DNA of 37,219 nucleotides from a virus (taxonomy: Duplodnaviria > Caudoviricetes). Location: positions 1 through 37,219 of the IMG/VR virus record IMGVR_UViG_3300027808_000075; one strand, given 5' to 3'. Below the pieces are notes generated by a model. The model saw nothing but the letters and a program-made list of their open reading frames with translations. It was not told the DNA's origin and made no database searches. Position numbers and translations under genes: made by a program. This document shows, in pieces, positions 25,382 to 33,565 of this stretch. Positions within the stretch are counted from its first letter, which is position 1; the number at the start of each line of letters is the position of its first letter.

Positions 25382-26491
25382 TTAGCCGAAGGCAGCGGCA
25401 ACGGCATCAACGAAGGATTTGCCGTCAAGTGCTGTAGGCGCGGAGCCAGTATTCAAAGATCCGCCTCCAGCTTTAGGTGTTGATCGGTCGTAGTCTGCAA
25501 GCCTTTCAGTCAGCGAATCGATCTCTTTCTGGAGGCTCATGTACTGCCCAACCATCTTAGGAAGCAGCTTCGCGGCCATTGCTTGATACGTGCTATTCAC
25601 ATGGTCAAGGGTAGCGGGATCGATCTGTGCCGCTTCTTTCGCAAGCTGGTTTAGATCCACGCCATCGACGCCACTGAGGAACGCTACTTTGCTGCGTAGT
25701 TTGTCGGCAACCGCATTAGCGGCTTCCTGACGCTGCTGGACGCGCTGCACTAGTTCCGCTTTGTGGTGTTCCTGATCAAGGGCTTGAGCCTCTTGTAGGG
25801 CTTCCTGTGCGTTCTCTTGTAGCACACGGCGTTGTTCAAGGATTGGTTTTACTTCCTCGATGATCTTGTAGATACGGAACTTATCACGGTCACTTGCAGC
25901 AGCAAGCAGTTCGGCAAGTTGTTCTTCTTGGGCTGTCTCATCGCTCATGGCGATAATGTCAAGCAGCCCGTTGCCGTCTACTTGATACTTCTCTGCAATG
26001 GCATCTGCTTCGTTCACAAGGTTGAGTAGCGGCTGTTCAACAAGGCTTTTGTACGCCTGACTCTGTTCCAGATTCGAAACAATCATCTGCTGCTCGTATT
26101 GAGCAACACGATCCTGTAGGTTGGCGTATTCAGGATTGTTGGCAACGGCTTCAAGTTCCTGCAAACGGCTGGCTTTATGGGCCGTATCCTGCTCAAGTTC
26201 GTCCGCACGGGTCTTGTAGGTTTTCAACTCAGCCTTGAGTTCCTTGAATCGCCGTGCCGCTTGTGGGGTCCAGTCCTTTGCATTGTCCTCAAAGTCAAGA
26301 TCGGACAGGGGTTCGTTGGACTTAGGGGTTTCCGATGGGGCTTCTGCTTGTGCGGCAGGAGCTTGGCTTTCAGCTTGTGGGCTATCCAACGAATCGAAAA
26401 ACGAATCGAGGGATTCAACAAACCCACCGTTATCGGGTGGTGCGGACTCCATTGCTGGAGCTTCAACTGGTGCTGCTTCTAGTGCGCTCAT
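25382..26491 (-). CDS. Capsid scaffolding protein
   Basis: Acidic disordered N-terminus, RFKELKAEL coiled coil, long helical body and short C-terminal helix. Directly upstream of the MCP. Confidence 0.75.
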   Translation of the reverse strand: MSALEAAPVEAPAMESAPPDNGGFVESLDSFFDSLDSPQAESQAPAAQAEAPSETPKSNEPLSDLDFEDNAKDWTPQAARRFKELKAELKTYKTRADELEQDTAHKASRLQELEAVANNPEYANLQDRVAQYEQQMIVSNLEQSQAYKSLVEQPLLNLVNEADAIAEKYQVDGNGLLDIIAMSDETAQEEQLAELLAAASDRDKFRIYKIIEEVKPILEQRRVLQENAQEALQEAQALDQEHHKAELVQRVQQRQEAANAVADKLRSKVAFLSGVDGVDLNQLAKEAAQIDPATLDHVNSTYQAMAAKLLPKMVGQYMSLQKEIDSLTERLADYDRSTPKAGGGSLNTGSAPTALDGKSFVDAVAAAFG

Positions 26492-26507
26492 AATTTATGG
26501 TAGAGGA

Positions 26508-26798
26508 TTATTCAATGTGGGACCATTCTTCCGGCACACTGTTTCGTGATGTCGGAGACTTAGTAAGTTTCTGTAGGTCTCGGTAAAAATCAGTATATCC
26601 GCCTAGCCAACAGATGCGTTCGTTGTTGCCGGAACTACCGACAATACTTGAGTAAGTTGGCTGTGCTGCATTGGTTAAGGTAGCACATGCAGTTTGCAGG
26701 ATAGGATCATCGAGGATCTCTCGGAGTCGGGTAATTGCGGCAATATCGTTAAACCAATGCTCTAGTGGCTTCGGCACGGTAGCTTTACGTGGAGACAT
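26508..26798 (-). CDS. Small head-assembly hypothetical protein
   Basis: 96 aa between portal and scaffold, with its own putative promoter. Confidence 0.7.
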   Translation of the reverse strand: MSPRKATVPKPLEHWFNDIAAITRLREILDDPILQTACATLTNAAQPTYSSIVGSSGNNERICWLGGYTDFYRDLQKLTKSPTSRNSVPEEWSHIE

Positions 26799-26804
26799 GT
26801 GGGG

Positions 26805-26833
26805 ATAAAACCGTAAAGCTTACGGTTTGTCAA
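26805..26833 (-). promoter_or_regulatory. Putative leaderless promoter with an inverted repeat in the spacer
   Basis: TTGACA-17 bp-TTTTAT-6 nt-ATG. AAACCGTAA-3 nt-TTACGGTTT overlaps the spacer. Weak -10. Confidence 0.5.
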
Positions 26834-26842
26834 ATACTTTAT

Positions 26843-29095
26843 TTACTTTGTTGCGTTGCCGGAAAACTTCAAGGCTCGCTCTGCATCCTTCAACGCAAGG
26901 TCTTGGTCTGCCTTAGCTTGCTTGATCTGCATTTCGATCTGAGCTTTCTGCTGCGCGATCTGCATCTTAAGCTGGTGCTCTTGCATCTTCATCTCGGTCT
27001 GGGACGGGCCTGCTTGTTGCCCCTCTTGTGGTTGGCCTTCGGCTTGACCTGCCTCCATAGCCTTGCGTTGTTGCGCTTGCAGCTTGCGGTTGAAGTTGGT
27101 GATGACCTCCTGTGCAATCTGCAACAGTTGTTTCGATTCTGCGATCTGTGCCTTAGCCGATGGATCAGCCGAAAGGTATTGCAGATGCTCGGAGCAATGC
27201 TGGAACACAGCCTCAACCAACGGAAGGGCTTGCATCGGGTCAACCTCGCCGGAATCAATTCCAGCCACAAGTTGTTGCAGTACGGGGTTGTGGACCCTAA
27301 GGTGCATTCCGTGTAGCTCACTATCGAGAACGGTTACGGGCTGGCCGGATTGCATTGCTTGATTTTCGAGCATCGCGATCTTCGCATCAACAGTCATTCG
27401 TGGCTCTGGATTTGCTGGCGCATAGCGATCAACAAGATCACGACCAACCCGTTCCGAAGTGATGTCGCGGATCAGATTGCGGCGACCTACTTCATCGTAG
27501 CTTCCGGCAATCTGGTTAAGCTCACGGAGAGCAAGCAAGCGGTTGGCGGCAGAGCCAGCACCGATCGCCTTAACGGCGACAGTCTTATTGTGGTCAATTG
27601 ATTTAATGACCTGTTCGCTCACGCCGCGCTCAGCGCATCGGGCAAAGAAAGCCTTAGTGCGCTCATCGCGTCGAGGATTGCTCACAGCGCGTCGTACGAC
27701 CTCCCTTAGTAGTCGGGCCCAGCTAGCGTAAAACAAATTGATTGTAGAGCCTGTCAGGCGCGAAGAAACGGCAAGGTCGTGTTCGGTCTGGAGGTTGTTC
27801 CGGTACGGGCTGCTTTGGTTGCCATACGTCGACACCAAATCGACATTGGCGGAAAGTTGGCTTTGCAGGTCGCTCAGAGCCGGAATCATGTTCTGCGACA
27901 GATTCGGCGCGGCCTTCTCGATGACCTTCACGTTGGGTGAGAGAATCGAGTATGGCCCGTACATCGTGAAGGATAGGTCTTCAAGCGCACGCTGCGTCTC
28001 CGGCTGGATCATTACCGCGCCGGACATCATCGCGCTGTCGAGCATCTGGCAACGGATACGGTTGCTCGTCTGGACATGGTTGAAGATGCGGTGGCCCAAA
28101 CCGCGAACCGAATGGTAGGTGCCGTTCGTGCCTACGCCATACGAGAACAGCACGTATGCTTGTTCGGGCTTTTCAAACATCCGTGTTTGTTTAAACATGA
28201 AGGACTTTGGGGTCTCTTCGGAAAACATCAGCAAGGAAACAGAGCCGTCAAACTCACGGACCCACATGTGCACAACCTGAACAGTGGTGTTCTCCAAACC
28301 TGTATACAGGTCGTTGTTCTTCATCTCGCGTTGGGTGCTCTCCCAGTCAGCATAGGTGTTGCTGCCGTTGCGACCGGAAGTGCGGGCGTTCTTGATGATG
28401 ACCCGCTTCACCTCTTCAACGTCCCAGCCAACCTTCTCGGCGGCTTCAGGATTCTTGATGAAGGCATAGAGTTCGTGAAGCAGATACTGGCGACGGGCAC
28501 AGGCTACTTCGATGTACTCCTCGGATGCAGGGGTCTGGCGAGGAATGAGGAAGTCGCCCAATCCGCATACACGAAACTTCCAACTGTGTGGGTCTTCGAA
28601 GTAAGCGACGCCGACTCCGTGTTTGGTGAACTCGGTGCAAAGGCGAAGGTAGCTGCTGTGGAACTCAGGCCACTCACGCAGCATTTGGGTAAGCTCTTCG
28701 GCAATGATGTCGTCAGAGTCTTGGCGCGTTGCCGCCTCACCCAACCGCGTCTTGACGTTCATCAGCTTATCCAACGATGTGTAGAGGTCAACATACGCCG
28801 ACATCGACACATCCAGATACCGCTGGGCCTCACCGAAGTTTAGGTTGGTCCGGTTGCCTTGGCCCGTCGAATACAGCACTCGCTGATCGTACGGAGGTGC
28901 TCCGTCAAACATAGCGTCAGTGCGAGCGCGATTGCTTGATGCCTTCTCGTCAGCTTTTCGTAGGGTATCATAAATTGAGTTTGCGGCTTTGACATCACGA
29001 AGGCGTGATTCAGGTGGCGTTCCCGTTACAGGATCGAGGTTAAGCAGGTCAAACTCGTTTAGACCGGAAGGAGTAGCGGGCGAATTTTGCGTCAC
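26843..29095 (-). CDS. Portal protein
   Basis: ~750 aa, first gene of the head module. HG.G...F, RG.G..IF...Q..NR and a Gln-rich C-terminal coiled coil as in P22-like portals. GTG at 29095 preferred from promoter position. Confidence 0.8.
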   Translation of the reverse strand: MTQNSPATPSGLNEFDLLNLDPVTGTPPESRLRDVKAANSIYDTLRKADEKASSNRARTDAMFDGAPPYDQRVLYSTGQGNRTNLNFGEAQRYLDVSMSAYVDLYTSLDKLMNVKTRLGEAATRQDSDDIIAEELTQMLREWPEFHSSYLRLCTEFTKHGVGVAYFEDPHSWKFRVCGLGDFLIPRQTPASEEYIEVACARRQYLLHELYAFIKNPEAAEKVGWDVEEVKRVIIKNARTSGRNGSNTYADWESTQREMKNNDLYTGLENTTVQVVHMWVREFDGSVSLLMFSEETPKSFMFKQTRMFEKPEQAYVLFSYGVGTNGTYHSVRGLGHRIFNHVQTSNRIRCQMLDSAMMSGAVMIQPETQRALEDLSFTMYGPYSILSPNVKVIEKAAPNLSQNMIPALSDLQSQLSANVDLVSTYGNQSSPYRNNLQTEHDLAVSSRLTGSTINLFYASWARLLREVVRRAVSNPRRDERTKAFFARCAERGVSEQVIKSIDHNKTVAVKAIGAGSAANRLLALRELNQIAGSYDEVGRRNLIRDITSERVGRDLVDRYAPANPEPRMTVDAKIAMLENQAMQSGQPVTVLDSELHGMHLRVHNPVLQQLVAGIDSGEVDPMQALPLVEAVFQHCSEHLQYLSADPSAKAQIAESKQLLQIAQEVITNFNRKLQAQQRKAMEAGQAEGQPQEGQQAGPSQTEMKMQEHQLKMQIAQQKAQIEMQIKQAKADQDLALKDAERALKFSGNATK

Positions 29096-29103
29096 AAGGA
29101 AAA

Positions 29104-29132
29104 ACAATAGAGAGAGCTATCGCAAAAGTCAA
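29104..29132 (-). promoter_or_regulatory. Sigma70-type promoter for the portal, leaderless
   Basis: TTGACT-17 bp-TATTGT-8 nt-GTG(29095). Confidence 0.7.
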
Positions 29133-29686
29133 GAAATTGTTTCTGCGTCACCGAAGATGCTATTGACGAGTTTCTTGATGGGCAACCGACGACGCTTGCC
29201 GTCATCGTCTGTAAGCTGCACACACCATTGGTGGCCTCTCGGATGGATGACGGGAGTCACACGGTGGGTCATCCCGGCAGTACGGCCTCTTGATGCAGGA
29301 TGGACTCGGAAGACAGTGCCGTCAAAGGCGATGGCATATTTCGAGTAGTTCGGGATTATGGTGAGTTCGGATGGGGTAGTCATGTCGAGGGGCAAAATAG
29401 GGGCAAAAGGCAGCTTGTCAATTTCTTTCTGAATTATTCTTCGGACTGGCTTGCGGCGACGGCGTATCGGAAACAGGGCAGAGACAAACCTTTCCTTCTT
29501 GGGTTTCTTATGTTTCACCCTAAGGAGGTTCTGCTCATGGTATTTCGTAGTCTGGGTGAGTCGGAGAAGATCGAACCGCTCTCGCGAAACCCAATACTCC
29601 GAATTGCGGCAAGTGCTCCGGTAACCCCAGAACACAAAACCGTCCTCTCGCACATCGCCGTGTCGTAATCGCTTCGCTTCTTGCAT
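29129..29686 (-). CDS. Homing-endonuclease-derived DNA-binding protein (C-terminal NUMOD4-like, no HNH)
   Basis: N-terminal R.GDVREDG.VFWGY motif and C-terminal IPNYSKYAIAFDG.V...VQL..DG.RR...I..LV...F. Start at 29686 from promoter TTGATG-17 bp-TATGGT-7 nt-ATG. Confidence 0.55.
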   Translation of the reverse strand: MQEAKRLRHGDVREDGFVFWGYRSTCRNSEYWVSRERFDLLRLTQTTKYHEQNLLRVKHKKPKKERFVSALFPIRRRRKPVRRIIQKEIDKLPFAPILPLDMTTPSELTIIPNYSKYAIAFDGTVFRVHPASRGRTAGMTHRVTPVIHPRGHQWCVQLTDDDGKRRRLPIKKLVNSIFGDAETIS

Positions 29687-30213
29687 GAGCGAGACCATAA
29701 GGCAAAACCCAAACCCCATCAAGTATTTTGTTCAATTAAAATTACAATGTGAATTAATGCTAGTGTATACTATATATATCTTTTCCCCTTTAGGTAATTC
29801 ATATTAACTCAATAATTCAATAATACCTTTTTTAATTGAATTATTGAATTATATTGAATAACACTAGTTTGAGAAACTCTTCACATTTTCCTCCCGTGTA
29901 GTAAAGCCCATCCAAAACACCAAAAGTCCTCTCAAATAATTTCTGACTTACTGAATAGAGCCGAATCCTGTACCCTGAATCCTGAATCCGGTGGTGCGAT
30001 TGTGGTCCGCGAGACAGCCCCGCCTTGTTGAAAACTCTGCTCACTATTTTCAACAAGCTGACCCCTTCCTGCTAGATGTATGTTAGATCTAGCACAAAAA
30101 AGCGTGTGCCGACACCGACACACGCCCTAAAAAGCAAGTCTTATCTTGCAATAATGCAACTTTTATCCTAATCAGGATACCGGATTATGCAATTAGGATA
30201 CCGGATACAGGTT

Positions 30214-30441
30214 TCACGCGCTTTTGGCTTCGTTATAGCGTAACTTCTTGCGTTCCAACAGGTTTTGCCTGTGTGTCAAGTAGTATTCTCGCTGATATTT
30301 TCGAGTTTTCTCTTGCTTTTCTGGGTTTAGTTCGGCGTCGAGCTCCCTTTTTCGGCGTAGGTCGTCCTTTTTAGCGTTGTAGTACGCCTTCTGGTACTCT
30401 TTTCGGGCTTCTTTATTGCGCTTGTAGTAACTATCGTCCAT
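30214..30441 (-). CDS. Small basic Tyr/Lys/Arg-rich helical protein
   Basis: YYKRNKEARKEYQKAYY repeats like those preceding phage HNH domains. TTGACG-17 bp-AATAAT upstream. Confidence 0.6.
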   Translation of the reverse strand: MDDSYYKRNKEARKEYQKAYYNAKKDDLRRKRELDAELNPEKQEKTRKYQREYYLTHRQNLLERKKLRYNEAKSA

Positions 30442-30811
30442 AATTTTTGTTCGTAAAAGCACGTATTATTGCTGCCACACCCCGATCCGTCAACCTCAAT
30501 TATTTTTTTCTCTGGGGGTATATACATATAAGACTACCTGCGTAAAAACGTGCACCCTACCCGTAGCCTGTCCCTGCATCCTGCATCCGTCACCTGCGCC
30601 CGCTCCCCTACCTATGGGGGGGTGGGGGGGAGGAGGCTACCCCTACGGGGTAACGGGATGCCGGATGACGGCTACAGGATACATGATGCAGGGCGCAGGG
30701 TACATGATGCAATGCATCTGAGTGTGTCACGTTCACGTGTTGAGACCCCCACCGTGGTAAGGTCAATGCCGACAATCGGCGACAAACAAACAAACAAACG
30801 AAACTAACGAA

Positions 30812-31315
30812 ATGAAAAACAATACTGCATCCATCACCGCCGCCGCCACCGCCACCGCCACCGTCCTCTGGACTTGCGTTGAGTCCTCGCATAACCTAAC
30901 CCTTGCCATCGCCACGCTTTGCCAAGCATCCGGCGAGAATTACAAGGAAGCGGGCCAAGCTCTTGCTCTTGCATGGGCTGAGATCGGCGGCGGCGTGAGC
31001 GAATCACAAGCTACCCGTCACCTCGTAGAGGCTTGCCATCAAACCAGCATGGATCGCAAGTCTGCTAGCAAGTTCTTGAACGGTGTCGGGCTTGTGACGA
31101 AGCAGCGCATCGCTCAGCTCCTGAGCGTGGTCTTCGACGGCGACGCAAAGGCTAACCGAAACAATGGCAAAGCCGACAAGCCGGAAAGTCAAGACGGTCT
31201 TGACAAATCCGGCTTCACGTTCGAGCAAATCCTCGCCGCGATCAAGTCCCTGCCTTCCATCACGAAAGAACAGGCACAAGTCGCCGCTGCCACCCTTGCA
31301 AGCAAGATCGCCTGA
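30812..31315 (+). CDS. Hypothetical early protein (first gene of the + strand block)
   Basis: 167 aa with an A/C-rich leader. Contains palindrome copy 1 in frame (SQDGLD). Confidence 0.75.
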   Translation: MKNNTASITAAATATATVLWTCVESSHNLTLAIATLCQASGENYKEAGQALALAWAEIGGGVSESQATRHLVEACHQTSMDRKSASKFLNGVGLVTKQRIAQLLSVVFDGDAKANRNNGKADKPESQDGLDKSGFTFEQILAAIKSLPSITKEQAQVAAATLASKIA

Positions 31316-31323
31316 ACCCTGCA

Positions 31324-31363
31324 TCCTGCATCCGGCAAGGTTCGACCCCTGCCGGATTCAGGA
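31324..31363 (+). other. Intergenic stem-loop (processing site or terminator)
   Basis: TCCTG-c-ATCCGGCA ... TGCCGGAT-t-CAGGA with GGTTCGACC at the tip. Confidence 0.55.
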
Positions 31364-31374
31364 ATCAAATCACC

Positions 31375-31901
31375 CCAAACCAAACCAGAAACAAGACACA
31401 TGAAACAAGAACTAACCGGACAATTAAAGTATCCACCCCACTACGAAGTAGCTCGCAAGGGCTATTTTGAAATAGAGTATCTAACCTCCAAGGGAGGTTG
31501 GCGTGGTGTTTTCGGGATGGCAGCGGGAAAGCCGAAGGCATTCCGCTCGAGCAAGGCCGCGCTTGCGGCGGCGGTGAAGCACAATGCCAGCCTCATAGTA
31601 TACTGGCTAGAAGAGGGCGAGACTACATACAATCGCCTCACTCTCTTCGGAACGAAACTTCTGCCAGACATGGATGTCTCGGCAGAAAAAAGTCAAGACG
31701 GTCTTGACCATCTTCACCGCTTGCGGTGGTGGTATTCGAACGCATTGGCAGCCGCCAATGAGGCGGACTATGATGGCGATGCCGCCACCGCCGCAAAGTG
31801 GGATGAGGAAGCCCGCCGCCTGCGTGAGGAGTATACCCAACTGGAAGCAAACCTTTGACCAAACCAAACCAAACCAGAAACAAGACACATGAAACAAGAA
31901 C
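31375..31901 (+). repeat. 38-bp direct repeat spanning the leader and first four codons of two adjacent genes
   Basis: CCAAACCAAACCAGAAACAAGACACATGAAACAAGAAC at 31375-31412 and 31864-31901. Confidence 0.95.
31400..31858 (+). CDS. Hypothetical early protein
   Basis: 152 aa. Contains palindrome copy 2 in frame (SQDGLD). Confidence 0.75.
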   Translation: MKQELTGQLKYPPHYEVARKGYFEIEYLTSKGGWRGVFGMAAGKPKAFRSSKAALAAAVKHNASLIVYWLEEGETTYNRLTLFGTKLLPDMDVSAEKSQDGLDHLHRLRWWYSNALAAANEADYDGDAATAAKWDEEARRLREEYTQLEANL

Positions 31902-32077
31902 AGTCCATCACAATCACCGCCGCCATCACCTATCTGATGGCGAAGAATCCTGCAGCACTGCAAGCATTAGACAAACCCACCCCCGTAATTGGCCGTGGCT
32001 TGTGCTTCTGGATACCGTCCCGCTTGTCCACCTTGTCCTTCGACCTGCCAGCATTGGCAAAAGGAATCCGTCTGTAA
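31889..32077 (+). CDS. Hypothetical early protein
   Basis: 62 aa. Same leader and MKQE start as 31400. Palindrome 3 nt after the stop. Confidence 0.7.
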   Translation: MKQEQSITITAAITYLMAKNPAALQALDKPTPVIGRGLCFWIPSRLSTLSFDLPALAKGIRL

Positions 32078-32125
32078 GAAAGTCAAGACGGTCTTGACTA
32101 ACTGAAACTACTAAACGAAAACAGA

Positions 32126-33004
32126 ATGAAGAACTATACACCTAAAATGACCCATGCCTTGGGTCTGACAATCGCATCCGACCTCATTAAAGGGGCGACC
32201 GACAGTGCCTTCCGCTTCCTCGGACAGGAACCGCTCCGCGCCTTGTCCAAGGGCACATGGGAGAACGTAGTCTCCAAGCTTGTGAACGTGGCAAGGGAAC
32301 CGCAAGCGGCCTTCTCCATCTTCACGGCGGGTAATGGCAAGCTACCGTTCGTCTGCTTCTCATCGATGGCAATCCTTGACTGCCCCGGTGCAGGTGAGTG
32401 TGCAGGCTGGTGCTATAGCAAGCAGGCATGGAGACAACCCAATGCATGGGGCAGGCAGGTATCCAACTCCATCCTGCTTCGTAGCGAGGCGGGTCGTGGC
32501 CTAATCCGGCAAGCGTTCCTTGCCTTGCCTAATGGCATCGCAGTCCGTCTCTATGTAGACGGGGACTTCGCCAGCGTCGAGATCCTCCGCTTCTGGATGG
32601 ACCTCATCCATGAGCGGCCCGACCTTAAGGTCTACGGCTACTCAAAGTCTTGGGTAGAGTTCATACAGCTTCATCTGTCAGGCTACGTATGGCCGAAGAA
32701 CTACACCCTCAACCTTAGCGGCGGAAGCAAGCACGGCGAGCGTATGCTAGAGATCATGCGAGACCATCCGGTAGTGCGAGGCGAGTTCATTGCCGTGCCT
32801 GTAGAGCGGCATCACATGAGAAGCGGAGCCTATCAGTCCAAGCGGCACGAAGGTCATGCAGCCTATGCGAAGAACGTGCGAGAGTCAGCAGGCAAGCGAG
32901 TCTTTGTCTGCCCCGGCAAGTGTGGAGATTGCCTGCCCGATGGGTCTCATGCCTGTGGGTCTTCCCGCATGAACGGCGTGACAATTGCCATTGGAGTTCA
33001 CTGA
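32126..33004 (+). CDS. Gp88-like Cys-rich protein (radical-SAM-related fold suspected)
   Basis: GN.KL, CPGAGECAGWCY, VRLYVDGDF, YGYSK and C-terminal CP..C..C....AC match the phage gene-product-88 pattern. Confidence 0.75.
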   Translation: MKNYTPKMTHALGLTIASDLIKGATDSAFRFLGQEPLRALSKGTWENVVSKLVNVAREPQAAFSIFTAGNGKLPFVCFSSMAILDCPGAGECAGWCYSKQAWRQPNAWGRQVSNSILLRSEAGRGLIRQAFLALPNGIAVRLYVDGDFASVEILRFWMDLIHERPDLKVYGYSKSWVEFIQLHLSGYVWPKNYTLNLSGGSKHGERMLEIMRDHPVVRGEFIAVPVERHHMRSGAYQSKRHEGHAAYAKNVRESAGKRVFVCPGKCGDCLPDGSHACGSSRMNGVTIAIGVH

Positions 33005-33086
33005 GAAGTCAAGACGGTCTTGACTTTCTACTGCGTAGCTTACCGCATAGTTGTAGCACCAACACTAAAACAAAACAAACAAGAAC

Positions 33087-33266
33087 ATGAACACACCTTT
33101 AAGAACATACACGATCCCTGTATCATGGGAGTGCTACGGCCACATAGAAATCGAAGCATCCTCTCTCGATGAAGCCGTCGAGAAGGCAGAGGATGCTGGT
33201 CTGCCATGCGGTGAATACATCGAAGGCAGCTTCCGCATCGATCACGAAGTGCTGTCTGATACCTGA
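33087..33266 (+). CDS. Small acidic protein (59 aa), not in ORF track
   Basis: MNTPLRTYTIPVSWECYGHIEIEASSLDEAVEKAEDAGLPCGEYIEGSFRIDHEVLSDT*. The EIEA.S..EA pattern is common in small phage proteins. Confidence 0.8.
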   Translation: MNTPLRTYTIPVSWECYGHIEIEASSLDEAVEKAEDAGLPCGEYIEGSFRIDHEVLSDT

Positions 33267-33323
33267 ACCAATCTGCGTAGCTTACCGCATAGTTGCAGCA
33301 CCAACACTAAACGAAACACACAT

Positions 33324-33482
33324 ATGCATTTGGTAATATCAGTAAGAAACGGATGGGTTGACTACCGTATGGGGGACCGAACAGGTATGCACCCCATCGG
33401 AGACGACCTGCCCTCGCAAGTCATCGCTTACCTTGTGCGGATAATCAATCCGGCATCACATGAGGTCAACTACTACCCTTAA
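33324..33482 (+). CDS. Small hypothetical protein (52 aa), not in ORF track
   Basis: MHLVISVRNGWVDYRMGDRTGMHPIGDDLPSQVIAYLVRIINPASHEVNYYP*. Fills the space between two repeat boxes. Confidence 0.7.
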   Translation: MHLVISVRNGWVDYRMGDRTGMHPIGDDLPSQVIAYLVRIINPASHEVNYYP

Positions 33483-33565
33483 CCCTGAGAAGTCAAGACC
33501 GTCTTGACTTCCCACTGCGTAGCTTACCGCATAGTTGCAGCACCAACGCTAAACGAAACACACCT

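Noticed and set aside
31330-31356. GGTTCGACCCC as a tRNA T-arm
   Set aside because: No acceptor, D or anticodon arms can be built. It is the tip of a simple long hairpin.
33031-33553. Regularly spaced 39-bp repeats as a mini-CRISPR
   Set aside because: Intervening segments are ~200 bp and each holds a complete ORF, far longer than CRISPR spacers.
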